Assembly: GCA_963663405.2 (NCBI GenBank)
Contig: CAXXSM010000073.1
Span: 53,388-117,387 of the forward strand
Source of the DNA: a bacterium
Lineage (GTDB): Bacteria; Hinthialibacterota; Hinthialibacteria; Hinthialibacterales; Hinthialibacteraceae
Length of the DNA: 64,000 nt
Direction: 5' to 3'
Below the pieces are notes generated by a model that did no database searches, was not told the origin of the DNA, and saw nothing but the letters and a program-made list of their open reading frames with translations. Below are positions 32,252 to 42,608 of this stretch, piece after piece (positions within the stretch are counted from its first letter, which is position 1; every line of letters starts with the position of its first letter). The position numbers and the translations under genes were made by a program.

Positions 32252-35200
32252 TCATTTCATTTCGGTTGGGTTGTCATCGTTTGTGTCCAGGGCTTCCCGA
32301 ACCGCCCGGATCATGTCCACCGTTTGATAGGGTTTAGAGAGATACCCCACTGCGCCGAGTTGGATTAGAGATTCCTTGATACTATCTTCCGCGTAACCGC
32401 TGCTAATAATGACTTTGACCTCAGGAGACATCGACATGAGCTGCTCTAACACTTCACGGCCAGACATTTGAGGCATGGACAGGTCGAGTATAATCAGGTC
32501 GATTCGATCGCGCTCTTTCAGATAGATGTCAATCGACTCCTTCCCATCATTGGCAAGCAGGATATTGTAACCATACTGTTCCAAAATCGTTTGCGCGAAT
32601 TCACGAATCAGCTGCTCGTCATCGACGAGGAGAATGGTTTCGGAACCACCGGTGATCTCCTCAGCACGCTTACTTGGTTTCTTTATCGATTCCTGTTTCG
32701 TAACGGGAAAGTAAATCTTAAATGTCGTTCCTTTACCCGCTTCACTATATACGTTTATCCAACCGCCGTGTTGTTTGACGATTCCGTAGACGCTGGCTAG
32801 ACCGAGTCCTGTGCCTTCCCCGATTTCTTTCGTCGTAAAAAAAGGTTCAAAGATTCGGCGTTGTGTCTCCTCATCCATACCCATCCCATTATCCGTGACG
32901 CTGACAACAACAAACCGTCCCGGTTTCGCGAAGGAATAGTGTTCGCAGTAGTTCTGATCGATGACGGCGCCTTTGGTTTCCATGGATATCACAAACCGGT
33001 CGCCCCGGCGTTCAGGCGCGATTCTCCCATTCATCACTTCATTAATGGCGTCCCGCGCATTCACACAGATATTCATCAGAACCGAATTTACCTGCGCGGA
33101 GTCCACACGGACAAGGGGAAGATTCTCTTCCGTATGAACGCTTATCTCAATGCGCCGGTCGATGGTCTGCCGCGCAAGGTGGGATACTTCTGTGAGGACA
33201 TCGTTTAAATTCACGGTTTTCAGATCAACATTTGTTTTCCGGCTGAAGGCAAGAAGTTGGCGGATCAAGTTGGCGGCGCGGTCGGCGGCGTTTTGAGCGT
33301 TTTGTAGAAACTGGCATGTTTCCCCGGATTTTTGGTGTTTTGCAAGGGTAATGTTGCCCAAAATTACAGTTAATAGATTGTTGAAATCATGCGCGATCCC
33401 TCCCGCCAGTTGTCCGACCGCTTCCATCTTTTGGGCCTGACGAAGTTGGTTTTCCAAATGTCTGCGTTCGGTTAGATCAAGGAAAGTGCCCAATGTCCCT
33501 AACAGTTCACCCGTGGTTGATAAAAGGGGAGATCCACAAACGAGCACATCGAGTTGTTTCCCATTTTTACCGATGATATTGACTTCGTATGTAGACGCGG
33601 ATCCTTGTAAACGCTTCTGATGATGTTGTGCGATTGTATGAAGACTTTCTGGAGTGAAAAATGATTTCCATGACACGCCCGTCAGTTCATTAGCATTTTC
33701 TATTTCAAGCATACTACACATGGATGGATTCACATAGATCGTTTGACCTTCCGCATCGCATTGCCAGACGCCGATTGGAGTATTATCAACAAGTGTTCGG
33801 AAGCGATTTTCACTTTCGCGCAGCGCGTTCTCGGCTTGTTTACGTTCAGTGATGTCTTGAAGAATGCCTAGGGATCCAATGTTGTCGCCTTGATCATCCT
33901 GCACTTGTACGGCGGCGTTGGCGACCCATCGTTCTTCTCCCGTGCGTGTTTCAATTCGATAATCCGCCCGCCAGCTGATTCCTTCTCCTTTTCTCGCGGC
34001 TTGGATCGCTTCCTCATGGGATAAATTCGACAATTTGCCTAATAAGACCACTTCTCTCGTTATACAATCCCAAATGCCACAATTAAATCCATCCGCTGGA
34101 TATCCAGTCATCTGTTCGATGCCTGGGCCGACAAATTCATAACTCCCGGTTTTATAATTCTGGTAGTAGGGAACGGCGCCCGCCACTTCAATTGCTGAGC
34201 GATACAGTTGTTCGCTCTCTTCCAGCGCTGTTTCCACTTGTTTTTGTTCTGTGATATCACGGGCCATCGAGAAAATTAAATTGTCTTTGATGATGGGAAA
34301 GGAATTCCACGAAAGCCACCGGTAGACGCCATCATGGCGCCGGTAGCGGTTCACAAGCGATAGAACAGGATTTCCTGCGTGTAACCGCTTTGTAGTTTGG
34401 ATTGTAATTGCCCGGTCTTTAGGATGAATGAAATCAAACCAAGATTTATCTAACAACTGGTGTCCGGTCCATCCAAGGAACCGGATACAAGCGTCATTCG
34501 CTTGTTTGAAAGAGCCGTCTAATCCTGTGACACACATGATGTCCACTGACAAATTAAACATCCGGTCCCGTTCTTCTTTGGCCGCGGCGGCGTTAACGAC
34601 GGTATTGGCGATGGAGAATGTCATCAACATAATAAAGGCCATGAACGAATATTCGAGAAGATAGATAAACGAATAGAAACCGGAATTTACAGCCATATCG
34701 TTGATGGCGCTCGCAAATACGCAGGTTGTTGCAAATACGAATAGCGCTACTTTTTTTTGATTTTTATTTTGAAAAGAGCGCACGCCTATCCATAAGGAGT
34801 AGAGGATGAAGCCGAAAGAGACGTATTCTTGAATATAGATAAATGGGCCAGGGGTGATTTCGTAATACGTGATCTGATAGTAGAAGGGGAACGTGATCGT
34901 TTTAACCAGGGGTTGATCGGTTAACCAGACAACGCCAGACCGGTCTAACGCTCCAAACACAGCCGCAAAGAGGAAAAACGCCGAAAAACTATAAATCCAA
35001 TTTCTTCCAGAAAATCCTGTATAGTCGACGACAAACCAAAGAAGCGCAATACTGGCCAGAGCGAGAACCACCATCTGGCCACGCTGCCACCACATTCCTT
35101 CCTGTGGAGAGTTTGCGCTATACAGACCTGTGCAAAACAACGCATACATTCCTACGCAAATACAGGACAATGCAAAGGTCAGATTCTCACGATGTTGGGG

Positions 35201-35287
35201 GCGTTTTAAATAGATGAGAAGGTGAAACACACTGACGTAAAAAATGACGCTGGAGAGCACAATAGGAGGAATTAATAGGCTATTCAT
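32252..35287 (-). CDS. Hybrid sensor histidine kinase (7TM, 3 PAS, HisKA, HATPase, receiver)
   Basis: [29 protein letters not shown] and ILLVDDE...DLSMP motifs. Confidence 0.92.
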   Translation of the reverse strand: MNSLLIPPIVLSSVIFYVSVFHLLIYLKRPQHRENLTFALSCICVGMYALFCTGLYSANSPQEGMWWQRGQMVVLALASIALLWFVVDYTGFSGRNWIYSFSAFFLFAAVFGALDRSGVVWLTDQPLVKTITFPFYYQITYYEITPGPFIYIQEYVSFGFILYSLWIGVRSFQNKNQKKVALFVFATTCVFASAINDMAVNSGFYSFIYLLEYSFMAFIMLMTFSIANTVVNAAAAKEERDRMFNLSVDIMCVTGLDGSFKQANDACIRFLGWTGHQLLDKSWFDFIHPKDRAITIQTTKRLHAGNPVLSLVNRYRRHDGVYRWLSWNSFPIIKDNLIFSMARDITEQKQVETALEESEQLYRSAIEVAGAVPYYQNYKTGSYEFVGPGIEQMTGYPADGFNCGIWDCITREVVLLGKLSNLSHEEAIQAARKGEGISWRADYRIETRTGEERWVANAAVQVQDDQGDNIGSLGILQDITERKQAENALRESENRFRTLVDNTPIGVWQCDAEGQTIYVNPSMCSMLEIENANELTGVSWKSFFTPESLHTIAQHHQKRLQGSASTYEVNIIGKNGKQLDVLVCGSPLLSTTGELLGTLGTFLDLTERRHLENQLRQAQKMEAVGQLAGGIAHDFNNLLTVILGNITLAKHQKSGETCQFLQNAQNAADRAANLIRQLLAFSRKTNVDLKTVNLNDVLTEVSHLARQTIDRRIEISVHTEENLPLVRVDSAQVNSVLMNICVNARDAINEVMNGRIAPERRGDRFVISMETKGAVIDQNYCEHYSFAKPGRFVVVSVTDNGMGMDEETQRRIFEPFFTTKEIGEGTGLGLASVYGIVKQHGGWINVYSEAGKGTTFKIYFPVTKQESIKKPSKRAEEITGGSETILLVDDEQLIREFAQTILEQYGYNILLANDGKESIDIYLKERDRIDLIILDLSMPQMSGREVLEQLMSMSPEVKVIISSGYAEDSIKESLIQLGAVGYLSKPYQTVDMIRAVREALDTNDDNPTEMK

Positions 35288-35530
35288 TTTTCACTTTTCT
35301 CCGATTCCGGTTTGTGATTCACCTGAACCGGTAGCATTCTTCTCCTATCTATTATAAAGTAGATTGATTCAATCATGTAAAAAAATGTGTATCCGGGGTC
35401 AGTTTTTTTAGAAGATCGGAAAGGATTGAATCCAGTTTACTGATGTAGGTGAAAAGTATTAATTAAACATTATATTTCGCGTTGCTGATTCTGTCCATTG
35501 GCGCCGCGATTCAATTTTGGAGAACAAACC

Positions 35531-36970
35531 ATGAAACGCCGGGAATTTATACGCACATTAGGAGCGGGCGCGGCGGCGGTTTCGGCGCCGGTGTTGAGTA
35601 ATTATTCGAACGCGGAGTCGAAAAAACCCAATTTCCTGTTTCTTTTTACCGATGACCAGACATTTCGATCAATCGGTTCTTTGAATAATCCAGCGGTGAA
35701 AACACCGAATTTAGACCGGCTCGTTTCCCGTGGAGTCACTTTTACGCATACATTCAACCAAGGCTCCTGGTCAGGCGCGGTCTGTATCTGCAGCCGAGCG
35801 ATGTTGAATACAGGGATGTATATCTATCACGCCCGGCAGGGCATCGGCGGAAAAGATGGCCCACGCGTTCCTCTCTGGGGAGAGACACTCGGCGCCGCGG
35901 GCTATGAGACATTTATGACGGGAAAATGGCATAATGGCGACCCAGCGTTGCGGAAGAGTTTCAAAACGGTTGGCCCGTATGGAGGCGGAATGCTTCCATC
36001 AACGGATATGGATGGGGACGCCTATAACCGCCCGGCGCCCGGTAATCATTGGAGTCCTTTTGACACATCGCGCAAAGGCCATTGGCGTGAACAAGACGAT
36101 GGCCGTGTGATTCATAGCAGCCGGTTGTGGGCGGACGCGGCTATAGAATATTTAAAAAAACGAAAGAAGGGCCAGACGAATCCCTTTTTTATGTATGTCG
36201 CGTTTCACGCGCCCCACGATCCGCGTCAATCCCCTAAGAAATATGTGGATATGTATCCATTGGACTCGATTGAGATTCCACCCAACTTCATGCCGGAACA
36301 TCTTTTCGAACAAGGCGAACGGTATACGTTGCGGGATGAGAGATTGGCCCCGTTCCCCCGTTCGAAGGAGGCGGTCAAAGTCCACCTGCAGGAATACTAT
36401 GCCATCATCAGCCACGCTGACGCGCAGATCGGCCGGATTCTCGACGCGTTGGAAAAAACCGGTGAGGCGGATAATACCTACATCCTCTTTTCAGCGGATC
36501 ATGGACTCGCGGTCGGTCAGCATGGTCTCATGGGAAAACAGAATCAATACGATCACAGCGTTCGGATGCCGTTGATTATAAGCGGGCCAGGATTGGAGCC
36601 AGGGAAAACTATAGATTCTCTCGTGTATCTCCATAGTCTCTATGCGACAACTTGTGAACTGGCTGGGATTGAAATTCCCGAAAGTGTAGAATTTCCCAGC
36701 TTAATGCCTTTATTGCGTGGTGAAAAGAAAACTCTTCACCATGAAATCTTCGGTTCGTATAAAGATTTCCAACGGATGGTCCGCACGGAAGAATTCAAAT
36801 TAATCCGCTATCCCCAGGAATATCGAACACAGTTGTTTAATGTAAAAGAAGATCCTTGGGAAATCAAAAATCTCGCCCATGATCCAAAATACGCGGACAC
36901 AATCGCGGATCTCAATCAACGTTTGAAACGGTTGCAAAAGAAAGTGGGGGATGAATTGGCGTTGGATTGA
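35531..36970 (+). CDS. Tat-exported sulfatase
   Basis: MKRREFI signal; KPNFLFLFTDDQ, CICSRAMLNTG, GKWH and SADHG motifs. Confidence 0.88.
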   Translation: MKRREFIRTLGAGAAAVSAPVLSNYSNAESKKPNFLFLFTDDQTFRSIGSLNNPAVKTPNLDRLVSRGVTFTHTFNQGSWSGAVCICSRAMLNTGMYIYHARQGIGGKDGPRVPLWGETLGAAGYETFMTGKWHNGDPALRKSFKTVGPYGGGMLPSTDMDGDAYNRPAPGNHWSPFDTSRKGHWREQDDGRVIHSSRLWADAAIEYLKKRKKGQTNPFFMYVAFHAPHDPRQSPKKYVDMYPLDSIEIPPNFMPEHLFEQGERYTLRDERLAPFPRSKEAVKVHLQEYYAIISHADAQIGRILDALEKTGEADNTYILFSADHGLAVGQHGLMGKQNQYDHSVRMPLIISGPGLEPGKTIDSLVYLHSLYATTCELAGIEIPESVEFPSLMPLLRGEKKTLHHEIFGSYKDFQRMVRTEEFKLIRYPQEYRTQLFNVKEDPWEIKNLAHDPKYADTIADLNQRLKRLQKKVGDELALD

Positions 36971-37180
36971 GGAGGGGGAATTGTTTCCGCAATATGAAAT
37001 GAAAAATGTACCCATCGATATAGATTGAAAATATCTTGCAATCTAATTTAATCGAGATTCTTATCTTGCAACTTCTTTTTGCCGCCTCACAGAATTGAAT
37101 AAAACATTATGCTTCATTCTCAATTCTTTCTTGTTAACTTCTTCATCTGAAATAAAAATCAATCAATAGGAGCGCATATC

Positions 37181-38605
37181 ATGAGCAAACATAGACGGCG
37201 TGAGTTTTTAGGATTCACGGCATTGGGAACAAGCGCAACGATAATATCAAACATAGCTTTAGCGGAACAACACGCAAATCAAAAACAACATGATTCAATG
37301 ACATTTGTAGAACCATCCCGGACAATCCCTGTTCAAGGTGATTATGATGTGATTGTTTGTGGAGGTGGTCCCGCGGGAATCGCCGCCGCTGTATCCGCCG
37401 CTCGAACCGGCGCCCGCACACTGCTGATCGAATTGGGAGGGTGTCTTGGAGGCGTTTGGACTTCAGGATTGTTAACATTTATTTTCGATTTTGATAAACC
37501 CGGATTAACGGATGAAATCAAAAAAAGATTAGAACGCTTACACGCCAAACGAAATAAAGCATCAGATAAGTTTGTGTACGCGCCGGAACCGATGAAATTG
37601 TTGCTGGAGAATCTTTGTATGGAAACAGGCGTTGAATTCCTGCTGCATACCCGTGTTACAGCCGCCTATTTAGAAAACCAACGGGTAACAACGATTGTCA
37701 CTGAATCTAAATCCGGCCGGGAAGCGTGGAGAGCGAAAGTATTCATTGATACGACCGGGGATGGGGATCTCGGCGCGCTTGCGGGGAATGGTTGGGATAT
37801 TGGGCATGGAGGAGCGTCATGTCCTTGTCAACCGATGACCTTAAATGCGCTCGCTGTCGTTAAAGACATTGAAGCTCTTAGGGAATACTTGTCATTTTAC
37901 GAGACGGCGGGAACCAATATGAAAGCGCATGTTCCGGCTACTCAAGCGTTTAAGAAAGTGATCAAAGAAACGGGGATCAATCCTTCGTATGGACACCCGA
38001 CACTGTTTCCCATCAAAGATAATTTAGTGCTGTTAATGGCGAATCATGAATATAATGTTAGGGCGTTTGACGCGAAAGAAATCACAAAAGCGACCGTTAA
38101 CGCGCGGGCGGAAATTCATGCCATCGCCTGGGAACTGAACAAATTAGGAGGGCCTTGGGAAGGATTTCAACTCGCCGCCACCGCGGATCAAATCGGTGTC
38201 CGGGATGGACGAAGATTACATGGCCGTTATACCGTGACAAAAGAGGATCTGGTTTCTGGAGCGAGATTCAAAGACGCGATTACCCGTCCCACATTTGGAG
38301 TTGATATTCATGCTCCAGACCAGGAAACGAATGATAAACAACCCATCTCGCGGGGAGGAATCACGATGAAACCCTATGACATCCCCTTGAGAGCGCTGAT
38401 TGCGAAAGATGTAGATGGATTGATGATGGCCGGCCGTTGTATCAGTGGAGATTTTATCGCTCATGCAAGTTATCGTGTAACTGGAAACGCCGTCGCCATG
38501 GGAGAAGCCGCAGGAGCCGTCGCCGCGATCGCCTCACAAAGTAACCGGATGCCCCATGAAGTGGAATGGGAAGAAGCGAGTGAAGTATTAAGTAGTTTTC
38601 GGTAA
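37181..38605 (+). CDS. Tat-exported FAD-dependent oxidoreductase
   Basis: RRREFLG signal; GGGPAG, FIDTTGDGD and YDIPLRAL...AGRCIS motifs. Confidence 0.85.
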   Translation: MSKHRRREFLGFTALGTSATIISNIALAEQHANQKQHDSMTFVEPSRTIPVQGDYDVIVCGGGPAGIAAAVSAARTGARTLLIELGGCLGGVWTSGLLTFIFDFDKPGLTDEIKKRLERLHAKRNKASDKFVYAPEPMKLLLENLCMETGVEFLLHTRVTAAYLENQRVTTIVTESKSGREAWRAKVFIDTTGDGDLGALAGNGWDIGHGGASCPCQPMTLNALAVVKDIEALREYLSFYETAGTNMKAHVPATQAFKKVIKETGINPSYGHPTLFPIKDNLVLLMANHEYNVRAFDAKEITKATVNARAEIHAIAWELNKLGGPWEGFQLAATADQIGVRDGRRLHGRYTVTKEDLVSGARFKDAITRPTFGVDIHAPDQETNDKQPISRGGITMKPYDIPLRALIAKDVDGLMMAGRCISGDFIAHASYRVTGNAVAMGEAAGAVAAIASQSNRMPHEVEWEEASEVLSSFR

Positions 38606-38729
38606 TCTCTACTGTAAACTGTTACCTGATCGTGCTGAGTTTCCTATACAAATAGATGTCAAAGATGAATCGGTGTTGGATTGAGGATGGGGGGATGTTT
38701 CAGGACGGATGGAAAAGGACTATAGTATT

Positions 38730-39152
38730 CTATAAGTCATCGCGTTTCATTAACACAGAAAAACCTTCTTGCTCGAAATGGTGGTCATTTGTCAGCGCTT
38801 CCGCGATTGACTCGGATTCCATGACATTCATGGAAATGCAGTCTTGCAGGCTGTATTGTTTGTCTTTTCACGCTTCATAACGAGTTAATCCCTTTAGAAA
38901 AGAATCACGGGATTGCGGAATGACTTTTATATTTGGATTCGAAAGAATCGCACGCACAGTCTTGACAGCGCGGTGACGTAATTCGGGTCCACACTTAGAT
39001 AGCGCCGCAAGAAATTCAGTCAACACTTCATCCGTTGTCACAAGCCATACGTGTCCCAATTGTTCGCGCGCTCTTTTCGCTGGCTCATTCCATTGGTCTC
39101 TCGGTAATAGAATTGCAATCCAATATACAGTATCGACAAAAACGGTTTTCAT
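38730..39152 (-). pseudogene. PIN-domain (VapC-like) toxin with an in-frame TGA at 38868-38870
   Basis: VFVDTVYW N-terminus; reading through the TGA gives KDKQYSLQDCISM...LTNDHHFEQEGF and ends at TAG 38730. Confidence 0.85.
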
Positions 39153-40063
39153 GCGTCCGTCTTTCCATATAAGTAATAATCGAGTTTATCTGTAAGGTCT
39201 TGTGGGAGGTTGTCCCACTCTTCATCGGGGACATCTTTAAATATGTCCGTAATCACATCCTCAATGGCTGGCGTGCTTGTGTCGAAAACTGGCTCATCAT
39301 TTCGAACGAGATAAAGATGGTTAACGCTGATGATGCGTTTTAACGTCCCGTGCAGATCCAGTTCACCACGGCCTTTTATTCTTAGGCGGACTTCCTTATG
39401 ATCTTTCAGCGCTGTCGTTACTTCGGATTCTTCTTCTTCCGAGAACGAAACTTGCACACTCGTCCCTTCATCTAACCAAATCTGAAATTTCCTATTCCGC
39501 ACATCGGCTTCCAGAACATGTCCTATGATATCTACTTCATCCTCATATGGCAGTTGGATTAAAGTGGATAATCGTTCCCGCTCGCATGTAGTTACACGAG
39601 TGGCGCTTTTCCCTGGCGGTGTGAATTCCAACTCCTCATCCCCGGAAAGACCCTGTCCCCACCGCGCGTATTCGGGCAGGAGTTCCTTTGGGAATTCATT
39701 TGGCAGTGGCTTATTCTCGTGAACCGCTGTAAATGTACGATGGACTAAATCGATCGCCTCATTGGCCTCAACCGGTTCTGGTTCCCAGAATTCGCGTTGC
39801 GCAGGTTCCTCAATGTATACTTCGAGTGGAACAGTGGCGCTGCCTTCCTCGATCTTGCGGAGGCATAGGCGTGTGCGGTCTTCGAAATGTTTTGGCAATC
39901 GATCCCGGTTAGGATTTGCCTTTCGCCACAGGGCTTTAGCGGTTTCAGCGACCATCTTCTGAAATTGTTGAAGTTCGTTAAGGGCAGTAAGATCAAGGGC
40001 ATGGTCACGGAAACGATCGCCTTTGAAATGAAGCCTTACAACTTCCTTCCATAGTCCAGGCAT
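39149..40063 (-). CDS. 304-aa protein with an antitoxin-like C-terminus, translationally coupled to the PIN gene
   Basis: RBS AGGAG; ATGA overlap with the PIN start; tail VPDEEWDNLPQDLTDKLDYYLYG. Confidence 0.65.
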   Translation of the reverse strand: MPGLWKEVVRLHFKGDRFRDHALDLTALNELQQFQKMVAETAKALWRKANPNRDRLPKHFEDRTRLCLRKIEEGSATVPLEVYIEEPAQREFWEPEPVEANEAIDLVHRTFTAVHENKPLPNEFPKELLPEYARWGQGLSGDEELEFTPPGKSATRVTTCERERLSTLIQLPYEDEVDIIGHVLEADVRNRKFQIWLDEGTSVQVSFSEEEESEVTTALKDHKEVRLRIKGRGELDLHGTLKRIISVNHLYLVRNDEPVFDTSTPAIEDVITDIFKDVPDEEWDNLPQDLTDKLDYYLYGKTDA

Positions 40064-40260
40064 CGCTTTATCTCCTAACAATCTGATTCTCAAGGTTCAG
40101 GCTGTTATCAGGAAAAACTGAAATCATGTTTTTCTTTTTACTTTTATAATAATTCTAAAATGGAAAAACAGAATGCTATTTATCTATCATAGAAAACCTG
40201 TTTCTACAAGTGAGAGTTCTAATAATTCTAATTGACCGCTTCAATAGATAGTCTATTGAT

Positions 40261-40992
40261 TCAGGAGATCCGTTTCAGAAAAAACTTAAGCAGAGCATAT
40301 AGCAAAGCAATATGATACACTGTTCCAACAACTAAAAACAGCCAGAAATTCGAACCATTATCAGACAGAATCCAAAACGCTTTCATGGGCCAATAAATAG
40401 GAATTACGCCGGTTAAAAGCTGCCATCCAAATGGCAGGAAATAGGCCGGGACAGGTAGAAACAAAAGCCCGCCGTATCCTTTAATCAAAGCGAATCCCTG
40501 CACTTTGTTTGTGCATAGAACATTCATCAGCAGTGTCGTTATCGGCGCGCCCAAGGAGACGACGATTGCAATGGCAAACAGTGGCAGGATCGCTACCTGA
40601 ATCAAATTTGTCACTTCGACCATTACAACCGTCATGATAATACTTAGGATGAAAGGGATGGCGCCTCGATAGAACAAGTAAAAAGGGAAGGGCAATGGCG
40701 TTACCCGCAGCGCCGTCAATGTTTGATCGTCCCGTTCGTCCAGCAGCAGAAATCCAATCACGCTCCCATACAAAAGTGAAGGTATCATAACGCACATATA
40801 GCTGACAATCAAATGGTAGTAGAGGGTTAAATCCACGTACGGTTCCAACCATACTGTCAATGGAGGAATTGCCCATCGCAACACCAGCGCGTAAAAGACC
40901 GGCAGCCAGATCATCCATATTAGGAGCGAGTCGCGTTGAACTAACTTGTAATCGTTTACACATAATGTATAAAACCAGGCTCCTGCTTTCAT
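40261..40992 (-). CDS. ABC-2 exporter permease
   Basis: GFLLLDERDDQTLTALRVTP motif; 6 TM segments. Confidence 0.85.
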   Translation of the reverse strand: MKAGAWFYTLCVNDYKLVQRDSLLIWMIWLPVFYALVLRWAIPPLTVWLEPYVDLTLYYHLIVSYMCVMIPSLLYGSVIGFLLLDERDDQTLTALRVTPLPFPFYLFYRGAIPFILSIIMTVVMVEVTNLIQVAILPLFAIAIVVSLGAPITTLLMNVLCTNKVQGFALIKGYGGLLFLPVPAYFLPFGWQLLTGVIPIYWPMKAFWILSDNGSNFWLFLVVGTVYHIALLYALLKFFLKRIS

Positions 40993-41699
40993 CGTAGATC
41001 CCCCTCCTTGCGAATGATAAATCGATGGAAGCAGGTGTAGGCCCACCACCAGCCGATCCCGCTCCAGAGGATGGAATAACTAATCGCGTAAAGCCATATC
41101 CATGTGGCGGCCGGTTCGAAAGCGCCGCGTATCAGCAATAGCGGCGCTTGGGTGGGGATCAGGTAGAAGAGCCAATGGTTTAGGATGCCAAGATAATCAA
41201 TAATGGGCAATTGCAGCGCCATCGTTACGAGAACCGACGGCATTAGAAAATCCGTAATGGAGTTGTAGCGGGTTACGAGGATAAATCCAGCGAACGAGTA
41301 ATGGATTGACATAAACATGATACCAGTCAACAAAGAGAGCCAGTTGAAATCGAATCCATACGTGATCAGAAGAACGGATATATTTTCCAGCATGACCAAG
41401 AGTGTCATGGTCACGAGTTTTGAAATTAGATATTCCGAAGGGCGGAGTGGAGTCACGACGATTCCTTCGAGTGTGCCTTCCCGCTTCTCCAACAGCGCCA
41501 TGCCCGCGAAGAGATAGAATGTGCCGCTGCCCATTGTCGCCAGTAGGAGAGGGGGAATCGCATACGCCACCCATTCACGGGCGAAGAACAACCGGAGCCA
41601 AAACGCCGTGAAGGCCGCGATCACCAGCGCGGCGAAATAAAAGCCATTGCGGTACTGGAGCGTGATATCCAGCCGGAAAGTCGCGAGAAGCCGGTTCAT
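40989..41699 (-). CDS. ABC-2 exporter permease
   Basis: LLEKREGTLEGIVVTPLRPSEYLISK motif. Confidence 0.85.
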   Translation of the reverse strand: MNRLLATFRLDITLQYRNGFYFAALVIAAFTAFWLRLFFAREWVAYAIPPLLLATMGSGTFYLFAGMALLEKREGTLEGIVVTPLRPSEYLISKLVTMTLLVMLENISVLLITYGFDFNWLSLLTGIMFMSIHYSFAGFILVTRYNSITDFLMPSVLVTMALQLPIIDYLGILNHWLFYLIPTQAPLLLIRGAFEPAATWIWLYAISYSILWSGIGWWWAYTCFHRFIIRKEGDLR

Positions 41700-42550
41700 T
41701 GGAGGCTCCTTCCCGTAACTTGGATGAAGATATTTTCGAGTGTGGTTTCCTGGGTGTGAATCGTTTCGATTTCCCGTTCGCGCAAGAGTTTGAGAAACGT
41801 CTCGTTCTCACCCAAGCTGGTTAATGGGAATTCCTGGCTTTCGGTTTGATGATCCAAACGATATTCAACGCGGATCGAGCGTTTCCCATATTGGAGTTTC
41901 AAATTGCGGGGAGAATCAATCAAGCGAATTTTCCCATCCACAAGAAACGCGACCCGGTCACAGAGCTCGTCCGCCGTGATCATTTCGTGGGTGGTCAGAA
42001 AAATTGTGACGCCTTCGTTTTTCTTTTGTTTGATGATCTCTTTAATGATTCGAGAGTTGACTGGATCGAGACCGGCGGTCGGTTCATCCAAGAAAAGCAA
42101 CTCTGGATTGTGCAGAATCGAGCGGGCGAAGTTCAGCCGGATTTTCATCCCTTTCGAGAATTGGGAAACGCGGAGATCGATATCGGCTCCTAAATTCACT
42201 TGTTCCAGCAATTGTCGTGGATCGGCTGTTTTCCCATTGTAGAGGGATTGGAAGTAGAGTAGATTTTCGAGCGCAGTCAATTTTAAATAGTGGTTCGGGA
42301 ATTCGAAACAGACACCGATTTTTTCATAATAATCGGACGGCCAGGTCTTGAGATCTTTGTCGAGTACTGTGATGGTTCCCAGGTACTCTTTCAACAGCCC
42401 AATCAGTATTTTCTGGGTCGTGCTTTTTCCAGCACCACTTGGACCGAGGAATCCAAGAATCTCTCCTTTGGCGATCTCGAAATCAAGGTCTTTTAACGTA
42501 GGCTGATTGCATCCGGGATAATGAAAACGCAATTGATTGACCTGTATCAC
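41696..42550 (-). CDS. ABC exporter ATP-binding protein
   Basis: GPSGAGKST, FSKGM and LDEPTAGLDP motifs. Confidence 0.9.
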   Translation of the reverse strand: MIQVNQLRFHYPGCNQPTLKDLDFEIAKGEILGFLGPSGAGKSTTQKILIGLLKEYLGTITVLDKDLKTWPSDYYEKIGVCFEFPNHYLKLTALENLLYFQSLYNGKTADPRQLLEQVNLGADIDLRVSQFSKGMKIRLNFARSILHNPELLFLDEPTAGLDPVNSRIIKEIIKQKKNEGVTIFLTTHEMITADELCDRVAFLVDGKIRLIDSPRNLKLQYGKRSIRVEYRLDHQTESQEFPLTSLGENETFLKLLREREIETIHTQETTLENIFIQVTGRSLQ

Positions 42551-42608
42551 AACCGTGTCCTTTCATTTTCTTTTGGATTCCTTAGCTGTTCCAATTGTAA
42601 AGCGTCTT

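Noticed and set aside
38868-38870. Selenocysteine or alternative genetic code at the PIN TGA
   Set aside because: The position looks like Arg rather than Cys, no SECIS-like hairpin was evident, and TGA ends many other genes in the window.
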